IMG/VR virus record: IMGVR_UViG_3300025018_000280
Coordinates: 1 to 39,291 of that record
Length of the DNA stretch: 39,291 nucleotides
Strand: one strand, 5' to 3'
Source of the DNA: a virus
Lineage: Duplodnaviria; Caudoviricetes
The translations under genes were made by a program, and so were the position numbers. The first letter of the stretch is position 1. Each line of letters begins with the position of its first letter. The notes beneath the pieces are model-generated. The model was not told where the DNA came from, ran no database searches, and saw only the letters and a program-made list of their open reading frames with translations. Below are positions 16,711 to 25,110 of this stretch, piece after piece.

Positions 16711-18641
16711 ACGCCTTGCATCATTTGACTTATATCAGCACTCCGACTAGCTGTGCCTTGTGGTGTGCCTTGTGGTGCTTCTTGCTGTGGGATATTTACT
16801 TGTTGTCCCATTTCTGCCATTTGTTGGTTTTTCTTTAACATATTCCTCATAGCTATTTGGATATGAGCCGAAGCGTAATCCCTTAGTTTCTGGGCTATTT
16901 TCAAATCTAACTCGTGGTCAGTTTCATAGTCTAGTATCTTTTGAACAAAGCCAGTAGTTGCTCCTCGGTTTATCTTTGGACTCTTACCCTCAATTATATC
17001 TTTAATTGATTGTGCCGCTTCTGATAGTATTTCAACATTGCCGTCAGTCATCTTGTCAGTGGCTACTCTTATTTGTTCGTCAGTAAACTCTCCTTGCTTT
17101 AATAGTTCTCTTACTAGCCAATTTTGGTTAACACTTGCCATTAAGGTAGGGTTTCCAGCAACTAAGGATAATGAGTTGGTTCTTCTTTGGTTTAGTGCTT
17201 CATCAATCTGGGCTTCGGTAGATGAGCTTTCAACTGATACATCAGGCATACGCATAAACTTGAAATCTGTCCTCTTAACCTCTTCCCACTCTGTGCCTCT
17301 AATACCTTGAACCTTAATTGAGATATCCTCGGTTAAGTGTTCGTCTAGTCCCTCTAAATATCTAACGCCTAACTGATTATAAACTTCGGTGTAACTCTTA
17401 TTATAAAGTCCTAGCCTATCAGCTACTTGTTGGAGGTTGCCATAATATATACCGACTTTGCTGTCTTCATCGGCTGCACCTTTAGCCGCAGGAGTAATAC
17501 CTGTTGCTTTACCAATATATCCATCTAAGAAATCAATCATATTGACAGTAATATTGGTATTGTCTGGTGTTTCAAAGGTATAAATACCGTTTTGAATATT
17601 CTTACCAGCAAGGTTATTGGCTTTAATAAGTCCGTCTGGTCTCCACTGCAATTGACTAGGGTCTGGGAATATATCAGCGTCATAAGCTCTCATATTCCAG
17701 TTTCTCTTTTGGATATTGTCTAAACTCTGGTTAAATATAATTTTAATCGCTTCGGCAATAAGTCTAATATCATCAACGGGGGCTTTAGATAGGAATTGGA
17801 AATAGTCCTCGTGGGTCGCCCAAGAAGTATATGGTTGTCTTTTGCTCTTAAATACTTCGCTAATTTCTTTTATTCTAACCCAAATACCAGTCGTATAATC
17901 AAAAACGATTTGATATTTCTTACCTTGATAGTTGGTATACATCTCAGTTAAAGAAAAGACTTCTTCACCGACATAATTGTTTATATCAGGGTCTAGTCCG
18001 TAGATAGAATATCTGCCTTTCTTGTTGCTGTTCTCATCATCGTATTCCTTTTGGTCTTTATTGCTTCTAGCCGATATCATCTTCATTACTTGGGTAGTAT
18101 CGTAATACTTACTCTTTGCTCCCTCAATAAGCTCGTTCTTAGTCTTAAAGATATTCATCTGCCCTGTAAACATATGGTTATCCAAGTCCCCACCACCTTG
18201 TGGCTCAAAGATAAAATCAAATAGGTCTATAACTTCTAAATTAGAATTGTATTTAGGGTCGCTTTCAGCAAAGTATTTATAAACTCCTCGTCCACTAAAT
18301 ATAGCGGATATTTTAGCGGCTCTGTCTTTTAATGCCCATTTACCAACAATATCTGAGCTATCATAAGTCAACATACCGTTAGCTTTGGCTACTCTCTTGT
18401 AGTCTGTTTCATCGTTCTCACTAAATACTATCTTAGGTTTGTCATCTATTTTGCTTTTTAAGGTATCAACAAAACCACCCATAACTGGTATGGGGATGTT
18501 AAAACGACCCGGAAGGGTTTTAGTTACTACATTAGCGTATAAATCCAAAGACTTCTTAATATCATTAAGTCTTGGCTGTTTAAAATTTATACAAATCTCC
18601 GATTGCTTCTTTGCCGTTAAAGCTAATTTATCTTTGTCCAT
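16707..18641 (-). CDS. Portal protein (P22-like)
   Basis: 644 aa after TerL; AIFSGRGVYK, IFNQSLDN, ATGITPAAKG motifs; Q-rich C-tail. Confidence 0.88.
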   Translation of the reverse strand: MDKDKLALTAKKQSEICINFKQPRLNDIKKSLDLYANVVTKTLPGRFNIPIPVMGGFVDTLKSKIDDKPKIVFSENDETDYKRVAKANGMLTYDSSDIVGKWALKDRAAKISAIFSGRGVYKYFAESDPKYNSNLEVIDLFDFIFEPQGGGDLDNHMFTGQMNIFKTKNELIEGAKSKYYDTTQVMKMISARSNKDQKEYDDENSNKKGRYSIYGLDPDINNYVGEEVFSLTEMYTNYQGKKYQIVFDYTTGIWVRIKEISEVFKSKRQPYTSWATHEDYFQFLSKAPVDDIRLIAEAIKIIFNQSLDNIQKRNWNMRAYDADIFPDPSQLQWRPDGLIKANNLAGKNIQNGIYTFETPDNTNITVNMIDFLDGYIGKATGITPAAKGAADEDSKVGIYYGNLQQVADRLGLYNKSYTEVYNQLGVRYLEGLDEHLTEDISIKVQGIRGTEWEEVKRTDFKFMRMPDVSVESSSTEAQIDEALNQRRTNSLSLVAGNPTLMASVNQNWLVRELLKQGEFTDEQIRVATDKMTDGNVEILSEAAQSIKDIIEGKSPKINRGATTGFVQKILDYETDHELDLKIAQKLRDYASAHIQIAMRNMLKKNQQMAEMGQQVNIPQQEAPQGTPQGTASRSADISQMMQGV

Positions 18642-18644
18642 TGG

Positions 18645-18664
18645 TGAGCTTATTTATAAGCTCA
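18645..18664 (-). promoter_or_regulatory. Hairpin 3 nt upstream of portal start codon
   Basis: TGAGCTTA-TAAA-TAAGCTCA. Confidence 0.55.
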
Positions 18665-18669
18665 GGTTG

Positions 18670-19890
18670 TTAAACTATATGTATGCCAGTTTCTCTATTG
18701 TCTATTGGTCTGCCCTCGTATTCTGAAATGGGTTGCCAGTCGGCTAGTATAGGTTCATCTTTACTATTTAAGGGCTTTATAAGCGATTGTAGGGCGTATC
18801 TTATGGCGTCTAAAGTGTGATTGAATATAGAAATGGGTATATTTAGTATTTTACCCTCTTTGTCTGTTTCCCACAGATAGTTCCTATATTCCTTAATTAT
18901 GTTAACGCTTCGCTTAGTTATTGATATTCTTTGGTCTTGAACAAGCTGTATGCCTTGATTAACACTATCCTTGCCTTTATTGGCTGGTAGTATAGTTAGC
19001 CCATAAGCTCTTATCTCATCTATGCTCTTTGGTTCAGCACTATCAGCAATTATAACCTTTTTATCAATGTTGAGCATTATATCAGCTATCTGCTTGTTGC
19101 TTAGCCCTTTCTGATAACATATCTCATCAAGGATATACCCTCCATTGTAATAGTAAATAGCTACTATGGCTGTTGGATCATTGCTATATCCAAAGTCTAA
19201 CCCGTATCTCTCAAGTCTTGCTTCGTGTGGTATTTCATCAATTATCTGCCAATCTCGGTATATTTTACCCTCTACCTCGCCTAATTGTCCTAGCCCGTAT
19301 ACTTTCCACCAGCCCTTATTGTTTCGTCTAGACTCAATAGACTCTATAATTCTTTGGTCTAAAGCCTCGTTATCCAAATAAGTTAAGGTAATAAACTCAA
19401 CATTGTCGCCTTTAATAACATCAGTATAAAACCAAAATTCATTAGTCGGGTTCCAGTCAAGATAAACAAATTCCTTAGTTCTAACCTCTAATTGAGTGAA
19501 AGCGTCAAAGGTAACATTGTTGGCTTCGTTGATAAATAGTCTATCTCTTCTTGCTCCTCTTAGCTTATCGCCATTATCAGCACTAAAAAACTCTATTCTA
19601 CTGCCAGTTTCAAACTTATAAACCATATCAGTTGCGTTCCAGTTGCTGTCTTTCCAGTATTTATGCTCTTGCATTATATTCTTGAAATCGGTAATAGCTC
19701 CCCTTTTAAGGTGAGGAATACTCTCTGACACTATGCTTGTTAATGTTCCTTTCTCATCAGTCTGGGCTAGTTGTATCAACCATAACAATATACTAATAGT
19801 CTTTGAAGCACTAGTTCCACCAGCTACTGCTCTAATCCTCTTCTTGAGTGTCGCTACCCTCTTTGTTGCTGTTGTTATTGAATAAGCCAT
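18670..19890 (-). CDS. terL: Terminase large subunit (PBSX-like)
   Basis: GGTSASKT Walker A, LFINEAN Walker B, DWNPT, GLDFGYSNDPTA, ADSAEPKSI, NHTLDAIRYA. Confidence 0.95.
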   Translation of the reverse strand: MAYSITTATKRVATLKKRIRAVAGGTSASKTISILLWLIQLAQTDEKGTLTSIVSESIPHLKRGAITDFKNIMQEHKYWKDSNWNATDMVYKFETGSRIEFFSADNGDKLRGARRDRLFINEANNVTFDAFTQLEVRTKEFVYLDWNPTNEFWFYTDVIKGDNVEFITLTYLDNEALDQRIIESIESRRNNKGWWKVYGLGQLGEVEGKIYRDWQIIDEIPHEARLERYGLDFGYSNDPTAIVAIYYYNGGYILDEICYQKGLSNKQIADIMLNIDKKVIIADSAEPKSIDEIRAYGLTILPANKGKDSVNQGIQLVQDQRISITKRSVNIIKEYRNYLWETDKEGKILNIPISIFNHTLDAIRYALQSLIKPLNSKDEPILADWQPISEYEGRPIDNRETGIHIV

Positions 19891-20272
19891 TTCCTAATAT
19901 TGGTATTGGTTTTCCACCGCTAGTTATATCTGTTTTGTTTATTATTCTGCCTTTAAGTTGGTTATATTCTTTTATTGCTCCCAGTTTAGACTTTAAATCA
20001 GCAAATTGATTGAGTAAAAAACTGTGTTGCTTATCTACATTCTCATCATTAAATCCTCCAGCTTCTAGTATCTCATTTATCCTCTCACAGATAATTGGTT
20101 TTGTCAGCAACCTGTAAGCGTTTGATTTTGCCGAGTTATATGTTAATTTCTTGCCCTGTTCTTTATATGCTTCTAGATAACTTTCTACTCCATTACCGCA
20201 ATGTTCGCCACTTAAATCAGCATAAAACTGGCAAAACTTTTCTTCTTTGCTACTTATAATTTTTTTTTTAAT
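19832..20272 (-). CDS. terS: Terminase small subunit, probable non-ATG (ATT) start
   Basis: Frame open upstream of 20110: IKKKIISSKEEKFCQFY...GNGVESYLEAY...SAKSNAYRLL is a TerS HTH; C-terminal DITSGGKPI. Confidence 0.8.
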   Translation of the reverse strand: MKKKIISSKEEKFCQFYADLSGEHCGNGVESYLEAYKEQGKKLTYNSAKSNAYRLLTKPIICERINEILEAGGFNDENVDKQHSFLLNQFADLKSKLGAIKEYNQLKGRIINKTDITSGGKPIPILGNGLFNNNSNKEGSDTQEED

Positions 20273-20278
20273 TTACCT

Positions 20279-20491
20279 TTACGCAATTTCATCTCTCTTA
20301 TCTAGTATATTACTTAACCCGTTCTTAATAATTTCCTGTAATTCTTCACGATTATTAGCGAATAGTTCTTTTATTTCGCTTTTACCAGCGTCATCAATTA
20401 CTTCTATGACTTTACAGACAAAGCCGTTTTCTATTTCTCTGATATCAAAAGCAATAGGTCTTTTGTTTTTCTCTTGTGTTTCTTGTTCCAT
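20279..20491 (-). CDS. Hypothetical protein
   Basis: 70 aa; IREIENGF motif. Confidence 0.7.
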   Translation of the reverse strand: MEQETQEKNKRPIAFDIREIENGFVCKVIEVIDDAGKSEIKELFANNREELQEIIKNGLSNILDKRDEIA

Positions 20492-20501
20492 TTTTAGGTT
20501 G

Positions 20502-20750
20502 TTATTTTTTAAGTTCTGTTTTAAGAAGGTCTATTTCTTTATTAATACCCACGATAGTTAAGTCGTATATCCTTTTATTAAAACTATCCTTTAATTCGTT
20601 GGTTATTTTGTTATATTCTGCCCGGAGGTCGTGTATCTTATCTCTTAATTCATCAGAGGGATAGACTTGTTTGCTTATCTTTTCAAATTCTTTCTGAGCT
20701 TTAATAAGTGGGTCGTTCTTTTCTTTGTGCTTTTGTATTTTATTAAACAT
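20502..20750 (-). CDS. Hypothetical coiled-coil protein, first late gene
   Basis: 82 aa ORF downstream of predicted promoter. Confidence 0.65.
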   Translation of the reverse strand: MFNKIQKHKEKNDPLIKAQKEFEKISKQVYPSDELRDKIHDLRAEYNKITNELKDSFNKRIYDLTIVGINKEIDLLKTELKK

Positions 20751-20758
20751 AATTTTTA

Positions 20759-20827
20759 TTTAAGCCTTTAAGATAAAATGTAACCCATTTTTAATTTTGT
20801 CTAGGACTTATATCTTAAAGGCTTAAA
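20759..20827. repeat. Perfect 17-bp inverted repeat with 35-nt spacer
   Basis: TTTAAGCCTTTAAGATA (20759-20775) / TATCTTAAAGGCTTAAA (20811-20827). Confidence 0.85.
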
Positions 20828-20942
20828 GCAAACATTCTAATGCTTACAAAAATAAACCACCAAAAAGATAGCGTATATTAGACGCCTTCAATAGTTATCA
20901 AAATTGAGAGTAAATTTGAGACAAGCATAATTCATATAATTA

Positions 20943-20971
20943 ATTATACACCCATTATAAAAAAAAGTCAA
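20943..20971 (-). promoter_or_regulatory. Sigma70-type promoter for packaging/structural operon
   Basis: TTGACT-17 nt-TATAAT. Confidence 0.75.
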
Positions 20972-20999
20972 GTTTTTTTAGTGCTTTCATCTTTTTTAT

Positions 21000-21635
21000 C
21001 TAATATCTAGCAACCGCCTCACCACTTTCTATAATATCTTTTAGGTATATTTTTTTATCTGTCGGTTGCAATATGTCCACTTCTACATAATCAGCACTAT
21101 CCCAATGACCAATATGTCTTTTGTCTGCCAATTTTCCAATCCAAAATAATCTTTTTCTCTGTTGTGCAGAAAATAAAGAAGCGTCAATCATAATCGGCTC
21201 TATGTTATAAAGTGTTTCCGTAATTATCTGCTTTGCCTCTTTTGACATACTCGCAACATTTTCCAATATAAAGTATTTAGGTTTTAATTCTTTTAAGATA
21301 CGAACATACTCCCAAAATAAACCGCTTCTCTTTCCGTCCAGTCCTTCTCTGTTCTTTTTAGCAATAGATAAATCTTGGCACGGACTTCCGCCTATAAGAA
21401 AATAAATATCAGTTTCAGCTAACTTTCCTTTTCCGTAATGCAATTTTCCGCCAGTGCAATCAATGTTTTTTATATCTCCTAATTGCTCTGTATTGGGATG
21501 ATTTTTTTGCGTAATTTGAATAGCGTTTTTATCAATTTCAGAAGCGTAATACTCCACTTCATACCCCAATTCCTTGAAGGCTTGCTGTGCTATTGAAATT
21601 CCATCGAAGAGACTGAGAATTTTTATCTTTTGCAT
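21000..21635 (-). CDS. C5 cytosine DNA methyltransferase, N-terminal part only (motifs I-VIII)
   Basis: LSLFDGIS, ASEID, GGSPCQ, ENV, AQQRKRLFW; ends before TRD and motifs IX/X. Confidence 0.85.
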   Translation of the reverse strand: MQKIKILSLFDGISIAQQAFKELGYEVEYYASEIDKNAIQITQKNHPNTEQLGDIKNIDCTGGKLHYGKGKLAETDIYFLIGGSPCQDLSIAKKNREGLDGKRSGLFWEYVRILKELKPKYFILENVASMSKEAKQIITETLYNIEPIMIDASLFSAQQRKRLFWIGKLADKRHIGHWDSADYVEVDILQPTDKKIYLKDIIESGEAVARY

Positions 21636-22249
21636 AATCTTCTTTTTATTGAACCATAAGAAGCATTATACTTCTTGGTCAATTTATAAATTGTCCAACC
21701 GTTTTCATACAGTTCATTTATTTCTGATATTGGTAATTCCAACCGCAAAGGTTTTTTATGTTTTTTATATTTCAATCCTCTTTTTCCTGTATGTGCTTTA
21801 ATCATTTTCTCTCTATATTCGGGGTCTTCCCATCTTTTTTTCATTCCTACCCTTGTTTTGTCTTTCCAAGTTATTTTTCTCCCTTTTAATTTATTTGATA
21901 ACTTCTTACGACAAGATTTTGACATTGTAAAATAATCTCCGCCACTTGTTAAATTGTATCCATTTTTTCTATCCTGTGTTTTTAGGGTTTTAATCCAAAA
22001 AAATTCCCTACTATTCGTATCTTTCTTATTTGTTTTTTCCAATAAACTAATCGTAAAATTGTCTTTTCTATATTTTCTAATTGCCCTATATAATAAAACA
22101 CATCCCTTTAATGGAGAATTATATGCACTGTTTATATGTTTAAGCCATCTTTTTCTATAATTGGTTGATGTCTGCCCAACATATAATTTCCCATTTATGT
22201 TATTTGTAATAAGATATATTTCATTCATATTGACAGTATATCATAATCT
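21600..22249 (-). mobile_element. Intron-less homing-endonuclease insertion with a duplicated, recoded start of its target gene (boundaries approximate)
   Basis: KILSLFDGIS encoded on both sides of the GIY-YIG ORF. Confidence 0.7.
21623..22228 (-). CDS. GIY-YIG homing endonuclease with NUMOD3-like repeats and C-terminal HTH
   Basis: EIYLITNNINGKLYVGQT, RWLKH, AIRKY, REFFWI, GYNLTSGG. Confidence 0.92.
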   Translation of the reverse strand: MNEIYLITNNINGKLYVGQTSTNYRKRWLKHINSAYNSPLKGCVLLYRAIRKYRKDNFTISLLEKTNKKDTNSREFFWIKTLKTQDRKNGYNLTSGGDYFTMSKSCRKKLSNKLKGRKITWKDKTRVGMKKRWEDPEYREKMIKAHTGKRGLKYKKHKKPLRLELPISEINELYENGWTIYKLTKKYNASYGSIKRRLCKR

Positions 22250-22282
22250 TGAAATGCCGTCAAACAGTGAAAGTATTTTCAT
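22241..22282 (-). pseudogene. Orphaned 5' stub of the methyltransferase (MKILSLFDGISRL*)
   Basis: ATG AAA ATA CTT TCA CTG TTT GAC GGC ATT TCA AGA TTA TGA. Confidence 0.85.
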
Positions 22283-22323
22283 AGTATGTTATCAATTGTT
22301 TCACAAAGGCGTGAACAGTTTGA

Positions 22324-22527
22324 TCAATCGCCATTTTCACATTCACATCTTTTACCGCAACTATGACATCTATGTCCAGATATAAATTCATCTAATAGTT
22401 TAATCTTCTCTTGTTCTATGGTTTTGGTGATGAAGTCTTTTAATGCTTGTTTAGTTCCAACTAATCCTCTTTTTTCTATCCAATTTTTTAAAGATGAAAA
22501 TTTATCTTCAAATTGTTCTTCCCACAT
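22324..22527 (-). CDS. Hypothetical protein
   Basis: 67 aa; WEEQFEDKF...LKDFI. Confidence 0.65.
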   Translation of the reverse strand: MWEEQFEDKFSSLKNWIEKRGLVGTKQALKDFITKTIEQEKIKLLDEFISGHRCHSCGKRCECENGD

Positions 22528-22532
22528 ATTAT

Positions 22533-22646
22533 TTATTTAAATAAATTATAGATAAAGCCGATAAGTGTTATTAGAATTATAACTAATAGTAGTGTGTAGT
22601 TAGTGTTTCGTTTTGGTATTCTTACATTTACTTTATAAGTTAGCAT
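22533..22646 (-). CDS. 37-aa membrane peptide (not in ORF track)
   Basis: MLTYKVNVRIPKRNTNYTLLLVIILITLIGFIYNLFK. Confidence 0.5.
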   Translation of the reverse strand: MLTYKVNVRIPKRNTNYTLLLVIILITLIGFIYNLFK

Positions 22647-22683
22647 ATTATTTATTATCCAGCTCTTCTGGAGGGTTAATTAT

Positions 22684-22830
22684 TTACTTTATTAAAACAT
22701 TCTCAACATTGTTTAATTGATGAGTAACCTCACAGCCTCTAAACATTTCTATACTATGCCATACATAGACAGCATACCAAGTTATTATTATAGATGTTAT
22801 CCAGCATAATATCCAAATTAGTTTTGTCAT
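22684..22830 (-). CDS. 48-aa membrane peptide (not in ORF track)
   Basis: MTKLIWILCWITSIIITWYAVYVW... Confidence 0.5.
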   Translation of the reverse strand: MTKLIWILCWITSIIITWYAVYVWHSIEMFRGCEVTHQLNNVENVLIK

Positions 22831-22847
22831 AGTTTTATGTTATTTAT

Positions 22848-23099
22848 TTAAAATTCTCTCTCACCTATATCTATAACGCCATATTCTAAAATATATATGT
22901 CTTTTTCCATTCTTTTAACTTCTTGTTCAGCTTCTTCTTTGGTTTTAAATACCTTAGAGTTACCGAAATAATCCCTTAATGTTTCTTTATACTCCTTGCT
23001 CCCTTTGGGGTAGTAATCAATGTTCTCTATTGCCTGAGCCTCTACAACCCTATATCCGTCTGGGAAATGAGCAAGTAAAATAGCGTTATCTGCTGACAT
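22848..23099 (-). CDS. Hypothetical protein
   Basis: 83 aa; MSADN...AQAIEN...LEYG. Confidence 0.75.
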   Translation of the reverse strand: MSADNAILLAHFPDGYRVVEAQAIENIDYYPKGSKEYKETLRDYFGNSKVFKTKEEAEQEVKRMEKDIYILEYGVIDIGEREF

Positions 23100-23108
23100 A
23101 CTTATATA

Positions 23109-23279
23109 TTATTTATAATTATTTCTTAACCACTCACCAATAGCCTCATCTATAAAATAAGCTATTGGTTTGTTTTGCTTATAAGACATTCTCTTTAATA
23201 TCTTGTGATAGGTTGTTCTTATCCAAGCTGGTGTCCTTTCGTTTAAGGGTATCATCAGACTTTTATCTTTGTATTTCAT
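23109..23279 (-). CDS. Ribbon-helix-helix-like DNA-binding protein, 56 aa (not in ORF track)
   Basis: TPAWIRTTYHKILKRMSYKQNKPIAYFIDEAIGEWL strand-helix-helix pattern. Confidence 0.55.
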   Translation of the reverse strand: MKYKDKSLMIPLNERTPAWIRTTYHKILKRMSYKQNKPIAYFIDEAIGEWLRNNYK

Positions 23280-23291
23280 AGTTTAATTTAT

Positions 23292-23840
23292 TTATATTAA
23301 AGACATAAATCCATTTACTCCTTTTATTTTATAACAATGCCAAAATGGATAAAAAGCTGTTGTTTTGTCTTTTTCTATCCTATTTACAATAAAACCCATT
23401 CTATTATTTGGATATAAAAAACCAGTATCTTTATTAAATTCAATTAACCATCTAATATAAGAGTTATTATTAAAAGCTTGTGTGGGTTGGAGCATTATAA
23501 AAGGTTTATTAAAAGAATAAAGTCTCTTGAAAATTGGAGTTCTATTCTGAAACGGTTGGTTGCTAATTATATAATCGCAATCAATTTCTGTTTCAAAAAA
23601 ATCATCTCCACTGTCTATGTGAGTATTTATAATATTTTTATATCCATTATTTTTTAATGCTATAACTATATTGCTTTGATCAGTATCAAAAGGACACCAT
23701 ATTTTGCTTTCTTTTGGTATTATATTACTAATATAATTTACCATTTTTTCTGCTTCATCTAATCTTGTATCACACTTATCTCTATCACCACTTTCATCTT
23801 TTTTACCCCAATTTACATATATTTTATTATTTTTTTTCAT
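23292..23840 (-). CDS. Small phage adenine-methyltransferase-like protein with deviant NQPF motif
   Basis: IWCPFD, GDDFF, DYIISNQPF, KPFIMLQP. Confidence 0.7.
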   Translation of the reverse strand: MKKNNKIYVNWGKKDESGDRDKCDTRLDEAEKMVNYISNIIPKESKIWCPFDTDQSNIVIALKNNGYKNIINTHIDSGDDFFETEIDCDYIISNQPFQNRTPIFKRLYSFNKPFIMLQPTQAFNNNSYIRWLIEFNKDTGFLYPNNRMGFIVNRIEKDKTTAFYPFWHCYKIKGVNGFMSLI

Positions 23841-23857
23841 AATTTTTATTATTTATC

Positions 23858-23947
23858 TTTAAGCGAGGATTAAATTTTTATTTTCAACTATCAATCCAGA
23901 ATAATCCAGATTGAAGTTTACTTATAACTTGTTAATCCCCCTTTAAA
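23858..23947 (-). promoter_or_regulatory. Long imperfect intergenic hairpin
   Basis: Minus strand TTTAAAGGGGGATTAA...TTAATCCTCGCTTAAA with inner TCAATC/GATTGA. Confidence 0.4.
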
Positions 23948-23952
23948 AATAA

Positions 23953-24297
23953 CTAGGGTAATTTGTTTTTAATTTCTTCTACTTTTTTGTTTGTCCATTT
24001 TTCCCAGTAGGAATTAAAATCAATACTCTTATCGGTGCATTTATCCCAATAAACATAAAGTGTATCTCTTAATCTTTTACTAGGGCTTTTATCGTTTTTA
24101 AACTCTGGTGCGTTTTCTTTTGGTATGTCAGATTGTTCTATTGTGTTTTCACTAAATATAAACCAGCCTAGTCTTCCTTTAAGGGTAAATACTTCTGCCA
24201 TTTCAATCGGTGCTATTTCTTGACAATCAACAGTAAGTCTAACGGTGTTATCTTTTAGGGTTCTTATTGACTCTATATTACTTGGAACTTGGAACAT
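23953..24297 (-). CDS. Hypothetical protein of recombination cluster
   Basis: 114 aa; KSPSKRLRDTLYVYW motif. Confidence 0.75.
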   Translation of the reverse strand: MFQVPSNIESIRTLKDNTVRLTVDCQEIAPIEMAEVFTLKGRLGWFIFSENTIEQSDIPKENAPEFKNDKSPSKRLRDTLYVYWDKCTDKSIDFNSYWEKWTNKKVEEIKNKLP

Positions 24298-24362
24298 ATT
24301 ATTTGTTTATATTTATTTCTTTGTATATTTCAAATCTTATAATAATATTAAATATTTTAATT

Positions 24363-24710
24363 TTAATTTTCATATTTATCTATTATTGATTTATAGTATC
24401 CTATACTAGCTTTTTGGATATTGTGGCTATCACCTTTTAGTTTTCTATACCAGTCCAGACCTCTTTTCTCGATAATAGTGGCGTGAATGTTTGGGTCGCT
24501 TGTATTATGATGTCTAAAATGACACCGATTACACAAGGGAATTAGATTTCGCTCATCATACCGAAGAAAAGAAGAACTGGACTTAGTAAAGAAGTGGTGC
24601 ATACAACTTGTATCTTGACCGCATACCTCGCAACGAGGATTTTTTGCGGTTAGAAATTGTTGCATTGCCTTATCCGCTTTATTTCTGTAATAGGATATTT
24701 TTTTAGCCAT
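24363..24710 (-). CDS. NinG-like / HNH endonuclease
   Basis: CEVCG...HHF...LRYDERNLIPLCNRCH. Confidence 0.8.
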   Translation of the reverse strand: MAKKISYYRNKADKAMQQFLTAKNPRCEVCGQDTSCMHHFFTKSSSSFLRYDERNLIPLCNRCHFRHHNTSDPNIHATIIEKRGLDWYRKLKGDSHNIQKASIGYYKSIIDKYEN

Positions 24711-24711
24711 A

Positions 24712-25110
24712 TTAGAATGGTATTGAGTCTAATACTTTCTGTTTATCTTGCTCTGTAAGCTCATTTTTGGCTTCTGACGGGTTTTCTTTGTCTTCTGTGG
24801 CATCTTTACCATTTAACATTTGTTCAAGCCTTAAAACTCGTTTTTCAAGCTCTCCAATTCTATCAACTGGCTCTAATCCTTCTGGTGTTTTAAACTGCAA
24901 CCCCCATTGTTCATCATTGTAAACTTCTAGTTCAACAGTATCTCCTTCTTTCCAATTCACACTTCCTACTGGGACAAAACCATTTATCCAGACATCGTTT
25001 CCGTCTTTGTCGTTTGTTTTAATTCCAACCTTAGCTTTATTATTGGCTATTGGTGAGCCATCTTTTTTTTGTGTTGTTTGTGAGATTTGTAAAATTTTAA
25101 TTTTTGGCAT
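24712..25110 (-). CDS. Putative single-stranded DNA-binding protein
   Basis: OB-like N-terminus, C-terminal DSIPF; next to ERF. Confidence 0.6.
   Translation of the reverse strand: MPKIKILQISQTTQKKDGSPIANNKAKVGIKTNDKDGNDVWINGFVPVGSVNWKEGDTVELEVYNDEQWGLQFKTPEGLEPVDRIGELEKRVLRLEQMLNGKDATEDKENPSEAKNELTEQDKQKVLDSIPF

Noticed and set aside
16752-16778. Short tandem repeat at portal 3' end
   Set aside because: Simply encodes the low-complexity PQGTPQGT tail
21623-22249. Group I intron or intein in the methyltransferase
   Set aside because: Only about 20 nt of non-ORF sequence, so no room for a ribozyme core; endonuclease has its own start and stop; target start is duplicated instead
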